Source: Schmidtea polychroa (Eukaryota). From it: DNA of 64,000 nt. The position numbers and the translations under genes were made by a program. Positions 62,818-64,000 of the stretch are shown in pieces (within the stretch, counting starts at the first letter, position 1; every line of letters begins with the position of its first letter). The notes beneath the pieces were generated by a model. That model had not been told where the DNA came from. It searched no databases and saw only the letters and a program-made list of their open reading frames with translations. The stretch is taken from NCBI GenBank assembly GCA_044892525.1, contig CM097885.1, positions 14,014,001 to 14,078,000 of the forward strand, read 5' to 3'.

Positions 62818-63021
62818 TTAATATAATATTGAAATCGAATAATAAAAATCATAGAAAACATTGAGTATTTATAGTGATTCTGAATTGCATCAAATTCTCC
62901 ACCGTAGATTGAATGACAACGCGTTTCTAAAAATAGTAACAGAAATTTCAACATTTTCTCATTGGTCATTTAGAATAATTAATGCCAATCTATCACAGAC
63001 TTAAACAATAAATTGATGACG

Positions 63022-63023
<2 letters not shown>

Positions 63024-63090
<67 letters not shown>

Positions 63091-63097
63091 TATTACT
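63024..63097. repeat. (ATT)n microsatellite upstream of ARF copy 3
   Basis: Direct. Confidence 0.9.
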
Positions 63098-64000
63098 AGA
63101 ATTCTCGGTCGACCTCTGTAACTGCAATCTGTCGAAAAAGAAAGATTGTAATGGGTTTTTGTAAGCCTAGTAATATTTAACATAGAAAATGTAGCTTGAA
63201 TTAATTCAACATTTTATAGATTTGCCTGTTTTTGCAACTGAATTATAAATAACAATAAGCCAAGAAATTTGCTTCTATTATTGGCCTGATGATGTTTGCT
63301 ACTGAAATATTCATTTGAATGATTTTTGAAAATCTTAAAATTTTTTTAATATTTGCCGGTAGGTTAATAGTTTGATAGCATTTCTAACTTCATCATATCT
63401 TCAACTGACACTATTGTCAAGACATTTAAAATTATTCAAATTGTCGTATAAAATAAAATTTGTTTTTAAGTTTAAATTAAATTTGGAAATAATTAACGAC
63501 ATCGGTTAATTTTGTAATTAAATCCAATAATTTTAATAATTTTTAAAATTACAAATTTTATTACATAAAGGTTCTACATTATTAAATTTAATCCTGCTAT
63601 CATTATTTTTTAATTCTTCCTTGACAATATTTTGTTTTTAAAATTAAATTAATTATGATAATAATAACAACAAACGTGTGATAATAAGCATAAGGATCGC
63701 GAACAGCACAGTCACCAACTAAATTGGAGCACCAATGTCTCTAGCGACAGGCATTTAGCGGTAAAATCAATAGTTAAGTGTAATTACGAAAAGAAATATG
63801 GTTAAGTGTGAGCAACAGCAGGAAAAGGCCAAAATTTGCAAGGATAAACATAGATTGTTCTCCCAACTCGTAATCTACCTTTAGAAATAGAGCTCACTTT
63901 CTTATTTATTTTCAACAACTATGTACATTCCCAACATGGTGGTTGGCATGGAAACCCGTCAAAAGGGCCGCAATAATATGGCCCCAATATTACGACCCAC

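Overview
AT-rich eukaryotic (animal) genomic DNA. Very short 39-47 bp GT-AG introns, long (AAT)n tracts and a divergent TRAF gene would fit a flatworm such as a planarian, but this is inference only. The centrepiece is a structurally complete 14.85-kb Polinton/Maverick (adintovirus-like endogenous dsDNA virus) at 40861-55710. It has AGTAGT...ACTACT ends, ~333-bp TIRs and a 6-bp TSD (AATGGG), and sits inside a solo LTR. It encodes a frameshifted protein-primed PolB, an A32-type ATPase, an adenain-like protease, major and minor capsid proteins and a pX/mu-like core protein. Unusual features of the element: (i) three tRNA-sized Pol III-type units with A-box, B-box and T-terminator at identical canonical spacing (VA-RNA-like candidates); (ii) a ZnF-PLA2-integrase fusion ORF; (iii) a stand-alone duplicate of the polymerase C-terminus; (iv) TIRs that contain an inverted copy of their own terminal 24 bp; (v) a CpG-rich hairpin block. 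Host genes are three dispersed copies of an ARF/ARL GTPase (two with nonsense mutations, one intact) and a TRAF-like gene with an intron-creating internal duplication. The remainder is nested Gypsy, hAT and MITE debris, plus a probable right end of a second Polinton at 1-4253.
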